From Camelus ferus (Eukaryota), in the NCBI RefSeq assembly GCF_009834535.1, contig NC_045696.1:110300001-110364000 (forward strand): a DNA stretch of 64,000 nt. Reading direction: 5' to 3'. Positions within the stretch are counted from its first letter, which is position 1; every line of letters starts with the position of its first letter. Below are positions 38,121 through 50,334 of this stretch, piece after piece. The notes beneath the pieces are model-generated. The model was not told where the DNA came from. It ran no database searches and saw only the letters and a program-made list of their open reading frames with translations. The position numbers and the translations under genes are program-made.

Positions 38121-39520
38121 CATCGGTCTTCAAAGTGTGGTCCTCAGACCCCTGGGACCCCGAGGCTATTTCATGGGGTTCACAAGGTCAAAACTATCTT
38201 CATGGTCAAACTAAGATGTTATTCACCTTTTTCACTGTGTTGACATCTTCACTGGGGGCACAAAAGCAATGGTGGGAAAACTCCTGGTGCCTTAGGATGA
38301 ATCAAGGCAGTGGCAACTACTTACAGTGTTCACTCACCCACTCACAGAGAAAAAATGCTACTTTTACTTGAGAATGTCCTTGATTAAGCAGTAAAAAAGA
38401 TTAATTTTATTAAACCATGACCCTTGAGCATATGTCTTCTATTCTGCATGGGAAATTTACAAAGCGCTGCTGCCCATTGAAGTACGATGGTCGTCTCCGG
38501 GAAAGGCACCTGTGTGGTTGGCTGGATTGTGAACTGAGCTGGATGCATTTTTCAGGCAGTACCATTTTCACTTGAAAGAACCAACAGGCAGTTAAACTAT
38601 GGTTATTTGGACCTGAGAATCTGGCAGACATTCTCTCAAAAATGAACAAAGTAATTCTGTCACTTCAAGAAAAACAACTCACAGTATGCGTTGCCAACAG
38701 TAAAATTCAAGCACTCAAGTAAAACTTAGAATTTTGGAAAAATTATATTTGTCACCACAAGGTTGACAGCTTCCTGACACTTAAAGACTTTCCTGTTGTG
38801 ATCAGTGCTGATATTAATAAATGTGACTTTTTAATACATCATATAATGAAATGTATCAACATTTGAAAGAACAGTATAACTCGATGAATCAATGTTTTCC
38901 AAATGAACAATGCATGTTGTTATGAAATCATATGTAAGACTGATTGAAAGTATAAGATAAACTAGTGAATTTTAATATATGAAAATTTTACTTCATATAT
39001 TTACCATCAACACAGTTTTAGATACCACATTGTAGCTAGTCTTTAAGAAATTACCACTTACTGATTTTCGGTATAGTAGCAAAGAATTTCCACAATTATG
39101 AAAAGATTTTTAAGATACTCCTCTCTTTTCCAATTGCACATCTGGGTGAGGCCAGATTTTCCCTGTATACTTCAAACGAAGCAATGTATTGAAGCAAATT
39201 AAGGACAGAAGCAGAGATAAGAATCCAGCTGTCTTATATAAAGTTACAAATTAAAGAAATTGGCAAAGTTATTAAAAAATGACACTCATTAATTTTTTTT
39301 TATTTTGGAAAATGTAGTTATATTTTGATAGTTATATATTATGTTTACATAAATAATTGTAACATTTATTTTTATTTGAGTTAGTACTTTTAAAGTTTCT
39401 TAGCTTTGATCTCTAATATAATAAATAACAACAGCTATAACCCACATAATCAAAAGTCCTTTGTAGTCCTCAATTTTTAGGGTGTTACAGGGTCCTGAGA
39501 CCAAAGTTGGAGAAGTGCTG
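38121..39520 (+). mobile_element. Charlie1a hAT DNA transposon fossil with both ends
   Basis: Degenerate TIRs; 8-bp TSD ttgtagac (38113-38120) / ttaaagac (39521-39528); transposase relics EVRWSSPGK (from 38479) and LADILSKMNKVILSLQEK. Confidence 0.88.
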
Positions 39521-39759
39521 TTAAAGACTATAAGTTCTGTGAGGGCAGGGGCTACATCCACTCTATCCTATATGGGAGATATCTGAAAAATGACTACAAA
39601 CATTTGCTGAAAATTTGATTGACTGAATGACTGAATGAATAAATTAACACTCAAAATGGACTTTGCAAGGCATTCCAGACAGAGGGAGCAGTCCAATACA
39701 AAGGACCAGAAATAATAGGGTAAGAATTTTAGGAGAATAGTGAGAAATTAAATGTGTAG

Positions 39760-40560
39760 AGCAGAGTAGCCCGTGGATTAAAAAAAAACCTGGGCTTTGG
39801 ACATAACTCTGAGTTCAAATCCTGGCTCCAACCTTTATTAGCTTAGACCCACGTGAGCTTCAGCTCATTAGCTGTGTGTGCTAGTGCAAGTTCCTACATC
39901 TCTGTGCCTCTGTTTCCTTATCTGTAAAATAAACACAATGACAGCACCTATCCCGTCCATTCATGTGGACAGTGGTGAAGTGCTTACATTGGACTGTCCA
40001 ACAAGGCAGTCACTGGCCACATGGGGCCATCGAGCACTTGGTATGTGGCTAGTGTGGCTGAGAAACTAAATTTTACATTTTATTTAATTTTAATTGATTG
40101 AAATTTAAACATTTAATTTGAAGTAATTTTATCAATAGGAATGAGAATAGAAAAGGAAATGATGTTTTGGTACTGATTCAGGTATTAGAAACCTTTTAAG
40201 TATGTTTGGAGCAACTTGGGTGTGTGAATCTGATTCTTCCACTGCACTTTTTATGAAATCTAAATATAGATCAAGTATTTGTGATGAAAATTTAGCGTCC
40301 AAATTGAGATGTTCTGTAGGTATAAAACGCATGGTGAATTTCAAAGACAATGCCAAAAAGAAATATGAAATATATTAGTAAGTTTTTATATTGATTTTAA
40401 GCTCACTGATAAAATACTTTATTAAAACTAATTCTCCATTTTTACTTTCCAGTGTGGCAATTAGAAATTTTAAGTTATGTATGTGGCTCATATTTCTAAT
40501 GGACAGTGGCTTAGCACATTGTAAGCACTGTACAGAGTGTTAGTGATCACTGTTTCATTA
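39760..40560 (+). mobile_element. MIR split by a Charlie5/MER33-type element
   Basis: gagttcaaatcctggctcca...tctctgtgcctctgtttccttatctgtaaaat; 3' end resumes at ~40510. Confidence 0.78.
39988..40508 (+). mobile_element. Charlie5/MER33-type hAT deletion derivative
   Basis: ctgtccaa / tggacag termini; 40202-40378 reads MFGATWVCESDSSTALFMKSKYRSSICDENLASKLRC..., a hAT C-terminal motif. Confidence 0.8.
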
Positions 40561-40689
40561 TTATCTATATTAGAAAGATAACATTTATCTTACAAAATCA
40601 TAGAAGGATAGAATGAGATATTATGTAACTATGTAACACTCAGCCCAGTGTTAGGCACATAATAATGGCTCAGTCAATGGTACATATCA

Positions 40690-40865
40690 CCAGGAAGTAA
40701 AGAAAGCATCGTGTGTTCTGGGATGGCAGAATTGGGAGGCTGAGTTGGGGGTGCATGCTGCAGAAAGTTTTGAAAATGTGGCTGAGAAGTTGGGGCTTAA
40801 TTCTCCATGCAACCAAGAGCCACTGCAGCACATGATCCGAGATGTGTTTGAGAACGATAACTCTG
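40690..40865 (-). mobile_element. L2 fragment
   Basis: Antisense L2: gctgagaagttggggcttaattctccatgcaaccaagagccactg...acatgatccgagatgtgtttgagaacgataactctg. Confidence 0.65.
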
Positions 40866-41140
40866 ACAGCAAATATCCTCAGAGGGGGGTACGGGAGTTT
40901 TAGAAAGAGTCCGAAGCCATTCAGAGCGAAGTCTGCAGAGTAGGCTGGGTGATCAAGCTGTGAAATGCTGTCTCGGGTCACAAACTGAAGTCTCAGTTTG
41001 AGTGATGAATCTGGTTTCACAGCAAGCTCATAATCCAGCTTTCGCAGGCAATTCTGAAAGAGGTTTCACGGGCATTTTTGAAAAGTGATAGACAGCATCA
41101 TTGGGTTAAGCAGCTCTCCTCCCACTGTGGCTATTCCAGA
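40866..41140. mobile_element. Mariner-type fossil (MARNA-like), in two opposite orientations
   Basis: Minus strand LDHPAYSADFALNGFGLFLKL (mariner HPPYSPDLAP motif); plus strand 41045-41137 QAILKEVSRAFLKSDRQHHWVKQLSSHCGYS (mariner C-terminus-like). Confidence 0.7.
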
Positions 41141-41469
41141 CTGTGTACATGTTTGGGTGTTTACACATCAAGCAAATAACCAGGCTTATGACATTTTAGT
41201 GTATTTATTTATATTATATCCAGATAAAGAGCTCTTTTGCTACAGCTGGTGTCAGATACCCTAATCAGTCCTCCAGCTTCCTCTTTTTGTATAAATGAGC
41301 TCATCCTTCCCTAGGAAATAGCTAGATACTGAAACAAACAAAACTTTGATATCCTTTCATCAGTACTGCCCTTAGATCCAGGCAAAGAGGCCCCTGTTCT
41401 AAGCTCCACACTTTGGGGGGTTCTGAAACGGCCCCTTTTCTGCTCCACTCCTGTCCCTTATTAGTGATC

Positions 41470-42505
41470 TAGTGATCTAATAAAGGCTGCATAAAAAATC
41501 ACCACAAGATTTAGTGGGTTAAAATGACAATAGTCCTTTATATTTTTCATGGTGTCTGTGGATTGTGAATTGAAGAGCAGATGAGCTGGGTGGTTCTGGT
41601 TCCGGGTCTCTCCTGAGGTTGTAGTCCGATGTCAGCTGGGCCTGCAGTCATTTGAAGGTTTGACTTTGGAGGATATACTTCCAAGGTGTTCACTCCCAGA
41701 GCTGGCAAGTTGGTTTTGGCCGCTGTCAGAAGACCTCAGGTCCTCTCCACATGGGAAGACGTGGCTGGGTTAGAGACTGAATACACAAGTGAACAATGAC
41801 TAGACCATATGTGAAAGCAGAGCCCTGACCTGCCGTGTGCAGCCACCAGCCCAGGAAGCCAGCCACAACCTCTGTAGCCATAAGCCCCAAATGGCCAGGA
41901 CTTGATCAATAACTGATAGCTTCTCTAATTTTTGCCCCCCTTTCCAACTTGAGATCAACCAGAGAAAGCCAAAGCTGCTCCCTAACCAACCACATAAAGC
42001 ACCCCACTTCCACTTGGCCCACCGGCAGCTTCCCCAGGCCAACCACTGCCGATCAGGGCACACCTGAGGCTTTCCCTTTTCTCCACTTACAGCTCTCCAC
42101 TCCTCTGCCCGCCTTGGCGTCTCTGCAAACACATGTGATGGTGGCTGACTCCCTACTGCACAAGCTCTGATTTCAAAAGCTTTTGTTTGTTCTCATTTGG
42201 GTAGTCTTTGCTTATTTCCACAGTTTCAAAAGCAAGAGGTCTGAAAGAAAGTGTGTGTGTGAGAGAGAGAGAGAGACAGAGAGAGAGAAGTGGCCAGAAG
42301 CTGGGTCCTTTTTATGACCTGGCTTTAGAAGTCACTTACTCTCACTTCCACCACACTGCGTTGGTCCAGACAGTCACAATCCCTTGCCTGGAGGGAACAC
42401 AGACCCCCACCTGTTGGTAGAGAGGAGTGTCAATCACGCTGTTAGAAGAGCATGTGCCGTGGGATAAATAGGTGGATTGGCCATATGTGGAAAATGCAAC
42501 CCGTT
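41470..42505 (-). mobile_element. MaLR LTR (MLT1F-like) split by an ERV1 LTR
   Basis: gctgggtggttctggttccgggtctctcctgaggttgtagtc...; resumes at 42223 with ttttatgacctggctttagaagtcac. Confidence 0.78.
41771..42222 (+). mobile_element. ERV1 solo LTR (MER90/MER110-like)
   Basis: aaatggccaggacttgatcaataactgatagcttc...accagagaaagccaaa...gtgatggtggctgactccct...ttatttccaca. Confidence 0.8.
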
Positions 42506-42621
42506 ACATATCCTCTGGACAAGGATGCTGTGGAGCCAGGAGACACGCTTACATAAAACCTGCTCCCCGACTTCTAGATCGGCAATGACTATGGTAGCCA
42601 AGAGCCAAATGTGGCTGTTTT

Positions 42622-43034
42622 AACATGGATGGACCTAGAGATATTAAGTGAAGTAAGTCGGACAGACAAAAACAAATACCATATCATGTCACATATATGT
42701 GGAATCTTAAAAAAGTACAAATTTTACTTATAAACCAGAAATAGACTCATGGACATAGAAAACAAACTGTGGTTACCAGGGGGAAGGGAGGAGAGTGGAT
42801 AGATTAGGAGTTTGGGATTAACAGATACACATTACTATATATAAAATAGATAAACAAAAGGTCCTACTGTGTAGAATAGGGAAGTATGTTCAATATCCTA
42901 TAATAAACCATAATGGAAGGAATATAAAAAAGAATATATATATATGTGCATATCTACATGTATGTAATTGACTCTCTTTGCTGTACACCTGAAACTAACA
43001 CACCATGGTAAATCAACTATACTTCAATTAAAAA
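42622..43034 (+). mobile_element. Cetartiodactyl L1 3' end
   Basis: aacatggatggacctagag...ctttgctgtacacctgaaactaacac...caactatacttcaattaaaaa. Confidence 0.92.
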
Positions 43035-43172
43035 TGTCTATATATATCTATGCACATATACTACAAAGCTACAATAATAATTGTTTAAAAGAAAATGGCA
43101 TGGAATTGGCAGACACATAAATGAAAAAAAAAGTACAGAAATAAACCCAAGTTAAAAAAAAAAAAAAAAAAA

Positions 43173-43337
43173 GAAGGTAGCAACTGCAAGCCAGGAAGGA
43201 AACTCTCACCAGGAACCAAATTGCCTGGCACCTTGATCTGGAACTTCCAGCCTCCAGAACTGTAAGAAGTTAATTTCTGTTACTTAAGGCACCCAGCCTG
43301 TGGCATTTTGTTACAGCAGCTTGAGCAGACTAACACA
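43173..43337 (+). mobile_element. MaLR LTR (MLT1A/B), 3' half only
   Basis: ggcaccttgatctggaacttccagcctccagaactgtaaga...gagcagactaacaca. Confidence 0.88.
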
Positions 43338-44885
43338 TGGTGCACAAGGTCCCTCACAGAACATTCTAGAACTGGGGATGGGAAAAGGAGGGCGGGTGAG
43401 CTACAGTCTAGGGGTCTGCTCTCCACTGCCATCTCATTCCAGCATGGGATCTCAAGAAATCTGAAAAAAACTCAAATTCGGCCTTCCAGGATGTTACAAA
43501 GTCATATATGTCAAAACAGAGAGATAACATTTATTTTATTTAAATTTGTTCCCTTGATTCATACCCTTTATATATTTCCATGTATGGTATGTAGGAACCC
43601 ACAAATGGTAAGGGAACATGAGACTTTAATTAGTTTCTTATTCTGAGGAAAAGGAAAGTATGTGCTATGTTGCATTGTTGTTATTGTAATGAGAACACTG
43701 AATTCCAAATAGAAGGGTGCTACCCAGCAGGCCCAACGGGGAGAGGAACCTGCTCTGCCTCAATGCGTACTTCATAGAGCACGTTTCAAGACTAAGAACC
43801 TAACGTAGATATTCACTGCACGATGTTCTAAGGAAACTGCTGAACTTTCTGAAAAGAACACATGTCATGGAACAGGCTTTGGTACTGCAGTAGTCACTGT
43901 CGGTGCCCACTAGCTCCGTTTTACGGGGCTGGAGCACCCGTCTCTGTGTCGCTGAGGGTGACTTTCCTTTCAAGTGACACCTGGAAGAGCCAACCCTTAT
44001 CCACTGAAATGTCCCTTGAAACGTTTTTCCACCTGGTATATCTTTAAACAAAAATGCTCTTCAGCAGCTGGCACATGAAAATAGTCACTTCCAGTTTTCC
44101 GTAAGTTTAAAAAAAATATTTTGGGCGGTCTTGTGAAAAGTCTCTTTTTCCAGATCAGCAAGTTCTCTAGCTGACGAATGTTCCCAAGGCCACATGGCTG
44201 CTGACGGTGAGAACCCAGATCCCTGACTACAAAAAGTGGCCCTTCTGCCTCTGAGATTCTGGGGTGAAGAACAAGGTGTGCCCTTGGCCAGGCAGCAGAG
44301 AGCCTTTCTGTATCACAGGAGAGGATGCTTTTGGCACTCCTTCCTTGTTCAACTTCTTGTGTCCTTCTTCCCCTGACCTTGAGGACCGTTGTGGATTACA
44401 ATGTGAGCCAACATTGTAAAAGCTGCAGAAGTTACCCAGACTTCTAGACAGGGTGGCAGACATAGAGATGTGTAAGCCAACCCCACCCCAAATTCTCCTC
44501 CAAATATACAGAAAGGCTGGACTATACACATATTTTTAATTAAAAATCGATATGTATTGGGCAGTAAGAAACAGAGACCACCAAAGATGGTCTGAAAGAA
44601 AGCTGGAGTTCTTGCTTGCCTGAAAGGGAGAGCCACATTGCATCATTCAGGTGTGAGTTCAGCAGGTTTCTTTAAGCAGAAATTGAAAGAACTTGGTTAT
44701 GGCAAAAAGAACTTGGCCCAAGAAGCAGAATATAAATTCCTTCTTTTCCCATCTCTGATTTAGGGGAAGTCTGATTTCAAACAAGTCTGAGATTGGTTGC
44801 CTAAGTTTCCAGTGGGCTTGGGGCCATTCAGGGATGACCTAAGTTGAGAATTCTTATCAAGGTTTCACTTTAAAACACATTCAAA

Positions 44886-45227
44886 AATACCGTATAATAT
44901 CACTTATATGCAAAATCTTAAAAAAAATAAAAGGACACAAATGAACTAGTTACAAAACAGAAACAGACACAGACATAAAGAGCAAACTTATGGTTACCAG
45001 CGGGGTAAAGGGGGTGGGAAGGGATAAATCGGTAATTTAAAATTTACTCCTCTTGGGAAGAGATGGAAACGTTAGCTGTCTTGATTGTGGTGGTGGTGTC
45101 ATGGGTGTGTACATCTATCAAAACTCATCAAATTGTACATCTGAAATATGTGTAGTTTACTGCACAGGAACCATACCACAATAAAGGTGTTTTTTAAAAA
45201 AGAAAGAAAGAAAGAAAAGATTTCTCC
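44886..45227 (+). mobile_element. Chimeric insertion: young camelid L1 3'UTR piece joined to an old L1M 3' end and A-rich tail
   Basis: Junction at ~45047; flanking 16-bp repeat ttaaaacacattcaaa (44870-44885) / ttaatacacattcaaa (45228-45243). Confidence 0.75.
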
Positions 45228-45429
45228 TTAATACACATTCAAACAAGAAAAGGTAACTCCTTAACCTGGGGAGGCCAGCCTTCCTATCTGGAACTATCTT
45301 TAGAAGGCTAGTCGAAGTCCACTCTTATCACATGCCTTAAATTCCACCATGAAGATTCATTCTTTGGTGTTGTCACAGCTTTTCCATCTCCATGAGCACA
45401 CACTGCTCCATTCGAGATTATGAACACTG

Positions 45430-45590
45430 GGCAATTACAGTGCAATGGAAAGGGCTCTGAAAAGGCAGCCCTGGGACCTGGGTTCTGGTCTGGGTACCAC
45501 TGCCACCACTTGATCAGCTACAAACCTACGCTGATGCTCGGCACACAGTAGATGGTCAATAAATGATAGCGCGTAATTGTCACTATTAGT
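45430..45590 (+). mobile_element. MIR fragment
   Basis: ggacctgggttctggtctgggtaccactgccaccac...ggcacacagtagatggtcaataaatg. Confidence 0.55.
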
Positions 45591-47079
45591 ACGCATTCCT
45601 GACCAAGGGCTTACCATCCCCATGTATCATGGTCCTTACCAACATGTCATGAAAGCGACTAGAACCTGGCTGTGATGCACGGTGAAGTGTGTAGGCACAG
45701 CCCTTCACCAGAAAGAGCCCAGTCTTACTCAAGGCAAATCTGGGACACTGCTCAGAGCACAGGGCTGCCAGCGATGTTTTTACAGTTTCCCTTTTGCCCT
45801 AAGTTCTGCTCATATGGGTCTGGAAGTTTTGTCTTCTCTCCCTTCTTCCTTTTCCACTGCTCCTGGCCCAGGGCACCTACTTCAGTCTCCATGGCTGCTA
45901 TGCTGACAGATCTCATTGTCCAAGGCTTTAATTTTTCAGAGTGGAGCAGAACAAGACAGACAAGGCCCCCTCTTGCCGATACTGATGGCTTCTCACAGAT
46001 TAACTTTGATTCTGTATTATGCTTAAAGTTCCCCTCCACACCAGAAAAAGGATGGAGTAAGACAATGCAGGTATAAGGACAGTGTCCCATGCAAATAGTC
46101 TACTATAAATCTGTAATTATTTTAGAAAGAGATAGTCTGTGCTGATTTCTATAACTTGGACATTGGTGGTATGAGGGACTTCCAATAAACCTAAATTTGA
46201 TGTACAATGAAACCTTGGCAATGACACATAATAATTTGTCTTCTTAGAATTTAGGATGGGTGTGATTTGAAAGGCCCAGACAAAATTATTCAAACGCTAT
46301 TGCTTAAAATTATTTTGAAAGTCCTCCTAGAAGATGCCAACACCTGCTTGACTCAGATTCTGATAAATCTATTTCTCTCTCTGAAAAGAACCATGATGAG
46401 GAAAAGCTGATCCAAAGTTTCCTGCTTTGCCTTCCCCTGTGCCTCTAACTATTCAAGACCCTGCTCGCCCTCAGGGCAAATGATGTCCATCAGACCCCCA
46501 TAACCTGAGCACCTCAGGGGCTTCCCACTTCACTGGGAACCTATGGAATCAACTACCAGGTCATGAGAACTTTCTTCAAAGCACTCCTCAAAGAAGTTTT
46601 AAGACAAGCAGGGGATGAAGTTGGGACCTGAGGAGGAGGGGGAAAATAAAACCATGATCAGGTGGCAGGCAGACATAGAGACTGGAAGAAGAAAACATTT
46701 CAAAGCTCTCCTTTAAAATGGGAGGTCTGCATGGCGCCCTTCACACAGGGGAATTGCATGGGGCGGGGGATGGCGCATGAGGCTGGAGTCCCAGCTCTGC
46801 CACTGGGAGACCTGAATCTCGCTGAGCTCCAATTGCGTCATGTGGAATGTGGTTCGTGTGGCTCCTTTTAGCAATAAAATTGCAGTATTCTAACCTCCTT
46901 ACTCTCTTCTCTTTAGATACAGTTTAAAAATGAATACATAATGACATGCCCACTTGAAATGAAGACGCATGACACTGTATTGTATACACACATGAGCTTT
47001 GAATTCAGTTGGCCAGTGATCACAAACATGCATTCAGACAACTTTAAGAAAAGATTCAAATGTTTCTGCTTCAAATGGG

Positions 47080-47770
47080 GTAAGTTATCCATCTAGATGT
47101 TCCATAGGCACCTCAAACTCAGTGTCTCCAAGACTGTGTCCTCCCCTTCCCTTTAAATCCTCCTCTGCAATGTCCATGTCTGCTGATGTCTCTACGGATT
47201 GTCTTGGCCACAAAACGGAGCCTCCTTGTCTTTTCTCTTAGCCTCCATACTCATAGGTGACCAGGTCCTGATAACTTCACCTGCCTACTGTTTTCAGACA
47301 TTTTTTCTGAGAAGGGTGAGGGGCACTCATCGCTTAGACTCCTGTCCTTTGCTCACCGGGACCACTGCCTCCTATCTTGCCCTCTACTATTCGCTAACCA
47401 TTGTCCCCCAGAATTCTTTCTGAATTACCAGTCATTTCCCTGTTCAAAGCCATTCACTAGCTTTGCTCACACTCTCCCTGGAGTTCTTTGCTTACCTGCC
47501 ATGTCAAACCCCTCCTGGGTCCTCATCAGGCTAACATCTACTCATCCTTTAAGACTCAGGAAGCACATCTTTGCTCCCCACTCTGCCAGGCTACCAGATA
47601 GCCCCACTATCCCACTACTCTTTAAGTGGCTGGACTGTAGCACTCACTGCCTTACCTGTAACCATGCCTGCCTTTCCAACCAGGCTGAGGACTCCCTGAG
47701 AACAGAGGTATACTTCATCCCCGTCACCTAGCAGAGCTCCTAGCTTATATTAGCTACTTAAAAATTTTAA
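47080..47770 (+). mobile_element. L2 3' region
   Basis: ccatctagatgttccataggcacctcaaactcagtgtctccaa...ctactcatcctttaagactcag...ccccgtcacctagcagag. Confidence 0.72.
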
Positions 47771-48611
47771 TTAATTCTTGCTTTCTCTGGATCCAGAAAC
47801 ATCACTGATCTAAAGCAGAACACAGCCATGACCCAACCACCTAAATCTGTTCAGTGAAGCAAAGCAGAGGTGGGCTGAGGTGCAAACCCAGAGCGCCAGA
47901 CAGATGCCGGGCTCTTTGTTGGACAGTGACATCTGCATGTGGCAGATACTGAGTTGGGCTGGGTCAGGTTGATGCTAACAGACCGTCTGAGGCAGAGCCA
48001 TTCTGACAGCCATTCTTGTTTCCAAGTGAACATTGCATACAGCAGATGCTGCATTAAGGTAATTATTTTATATAAAATATAATCAATTTCCCTGTATGCT
48101 TTCTCTCCAGTAAATGATTCTGCAAAAAGCAAAGTTTAATGTTTTGGCCTGGCTAAGAGGCTTTTTCTGGGATGGAAAAAGAAGAGCTCCAGACACTGCC
48201 AGAAATTTCCAAATACCACTGAGTCTTCAACTATTATACTACACTGATCAGTTTTCACTGACTTCCACCTACATAATTGACTCAATCCCTTTGCAAATCA
48301 CTCCCTTCTTTAGACCTGATTTTCTCCATCTGCAAAATAAGAGGGATGGATGAGATGATTTTAAAGATCTCTTTCCAGCTCTTAAATTAGACCATTCCAA
48401 GATTTTTAAAATTATTTCACTTTCCATTGGTGGTACAGAAATTTAGCAGTAGTATAAATAAACTAGGGGATTATTCTTTGTATAAAACTGATTTGTTGTT
48501 GTACAGGATTTGCCTTTAAATGACAAATTTCCCTAGCTCATTAAAAATAGATCCTGATTACAAATACTTGGTTTGCATACCACTAATATTGCACAAAGCA
48601 ACATCTATGTA

Positions 48612-48730
48612 CAGGACTAGCTTCATAATCTGTGGGAACCAGTCAAATGAAAATGCTCAATCCTTTGTTTAAAAATTAGTAAGAATTTCAAGATGGTGAC
48701 ACCAGAGCATTAAGCCAAGGCCCTGGGCTG
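48612..48730 (-). mobile_element. MER45A fragment (hAT-Tip100)
   Basis: caggactagcttcataatctgtggg...aaatgaaaatgc...aagaatttcaagatggtgacaccagagcattaagccaag. Confidence 0.8.
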
Positions 48731-48914
48731 GAATCAGACATGGACACCACGTCTGACTTGACCATTGGCTCATCAAGAGGACTTCAGATGATTCACTGGG
48801 CTGGATGAGCACTCAGTCTGCCCCCCTATAAAATAAAGGGTTTCACTTTGGGTACTAGAATTCTGTGAATCTTTGCTTTCTAATCCAGGCCTTGTTTCCA
48901 TGGCCATGTAATTA

Positions 48915-49345
48915 TTTTTGAACTTTTTATTGAAGTATAACATATATAGCAAAGTGCACATAAGTGTACAGCTTACTGAACTTTTGCAAACTGATCACAT
49001 CCATGTAACCAGCTCCCAGATCAAAAAGGAGGACATGACCAGAACCTCAAAAGCCCACTTTATGCTCCCTTCTGGTCACAGCCTCCAAATCCCACAAGGG
49101 TGACCACTATCCTGACTTTTAATACCACACAGTAGGTTTGCCTGTTTTTGAACTTTGAACAAATAGAATCACACAGTATATTATGCATGTGACTTCTTTA
49201 ACTCAGTATTATGTTTTGAAATTCATCCACATGGTTGAATAGTAGATCCTTCATTCTCATTGACCTAGTGCTCATTGTATAAATATACCACATTAGAATT
49301 GCCACTCTATGGGCATTTGGGCAGGTTTCATTTCTGGCTGGTCAT
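48915..49345 (-). mobile_element. L1ME-type 3' end
   Basis: ttttattgaagtataacatata...aagtgtacagctt...catccatgtaaccagctcccagatcaa...accactatcctgacttt. Confidence 0.85.
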
Positions 49346-50334
49346 GTTATTTTATAATTCACTAAACATTTCCACCATGTAATTCTCAATAATTTTAGTA
49401 AGATAAAAAATATGTTGACTCTTTTTGATTTTATGAACAGTGAGGTTGAAATGTCCTTGTTCAGGGATTTCTAAAAGCCTTGGACTCTTTCTTTAATCCT
49501 AGAAGTGGACAGTGAGCAGAGGAGAATTTTCTTGTTCTTCTAGCTCAGCATCTCCTTGACACTTCACAATCATAGGTGAAGCTTCCTGAGTGTGCAGAAG
49601 AAGCAATGGTTGTCATTGTTCATTAGCATCTGACCAAACTCTGTCAGATGACAGAAATGTCTTCTGAGCATATTAGGAGGAAAACCCTTCAGGGCTCAGG
49701 AAGTCTGCTGATAGAACAGACCATACCAGCCCAGGGGGTGCTGGGTGACGGAAATAGGTCACACCGGCCAGGAGCTGCAGGTGCTTGGAGTCCTGGACCA
49801 GATACAAGGGATGGTGATGGTAACTGGGGGTGAGGGGTGGGGAGAGTGCTCCAGGCAGGCAGTCTCCAAAGGGATGGGAATTTTAAAAAAGGAAAAAAAT
49901 AGCCAAAATTTGGCAATCCAGGCAAGTGGTCTATGGCTGGACAGTTCAGCAAAAGGTAACACCTGGTTCCTCTTTAGAAGGAACTCAGCAACAGAACATA
50001 TGAAATCAGGTCATCCTTTCACAATCTGGACCAAAGTTGATCTCAGGAAGATCTGGGAGGCACTACTGACTGTGGACATAACTCCTAACCCTGAAAGAAC
50101 TGGCAGAAGCAAGAAAAGATTCAATGGACAAGTGACTGCAACTCCAGGTAGACTACCTAAGGAGGGCTCAGGTAGTCTCCTGGGACCTCACCACCAGAAA
50201 CAAGACAGACTGCACTCAGTAGTAAGATTGAACAGTGCTGTCACTCACTAACTCAATAAACTATTATTGAGCTCCCAGCCATATGCCAAACACTGCACTG
50301 GTTGATGGTGGTACACAAAACATATATGGTAATC

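Larger units (their letters stand above)
37160..39640 (+). mobile_element. L2 3' region split by L1MC and Charlie1a
   Basis: L2 pieces at 37160-37215, 37830-38120 and 39521-39640 (agactataagttctgtgagggcagggg...tgaatgactgaatgaa). Confidence 0.7.

Noticed and set aside
41362..41460. Possible small hAT-Tip100 (MER91-like) fragment
   Set aside because: Too degenerate to support by eye
49745..50251. 168-aa ORF, the longest in the window
   Set aside because: GTG start, no recognisable domain, no supporting exon structure; compatible with chance
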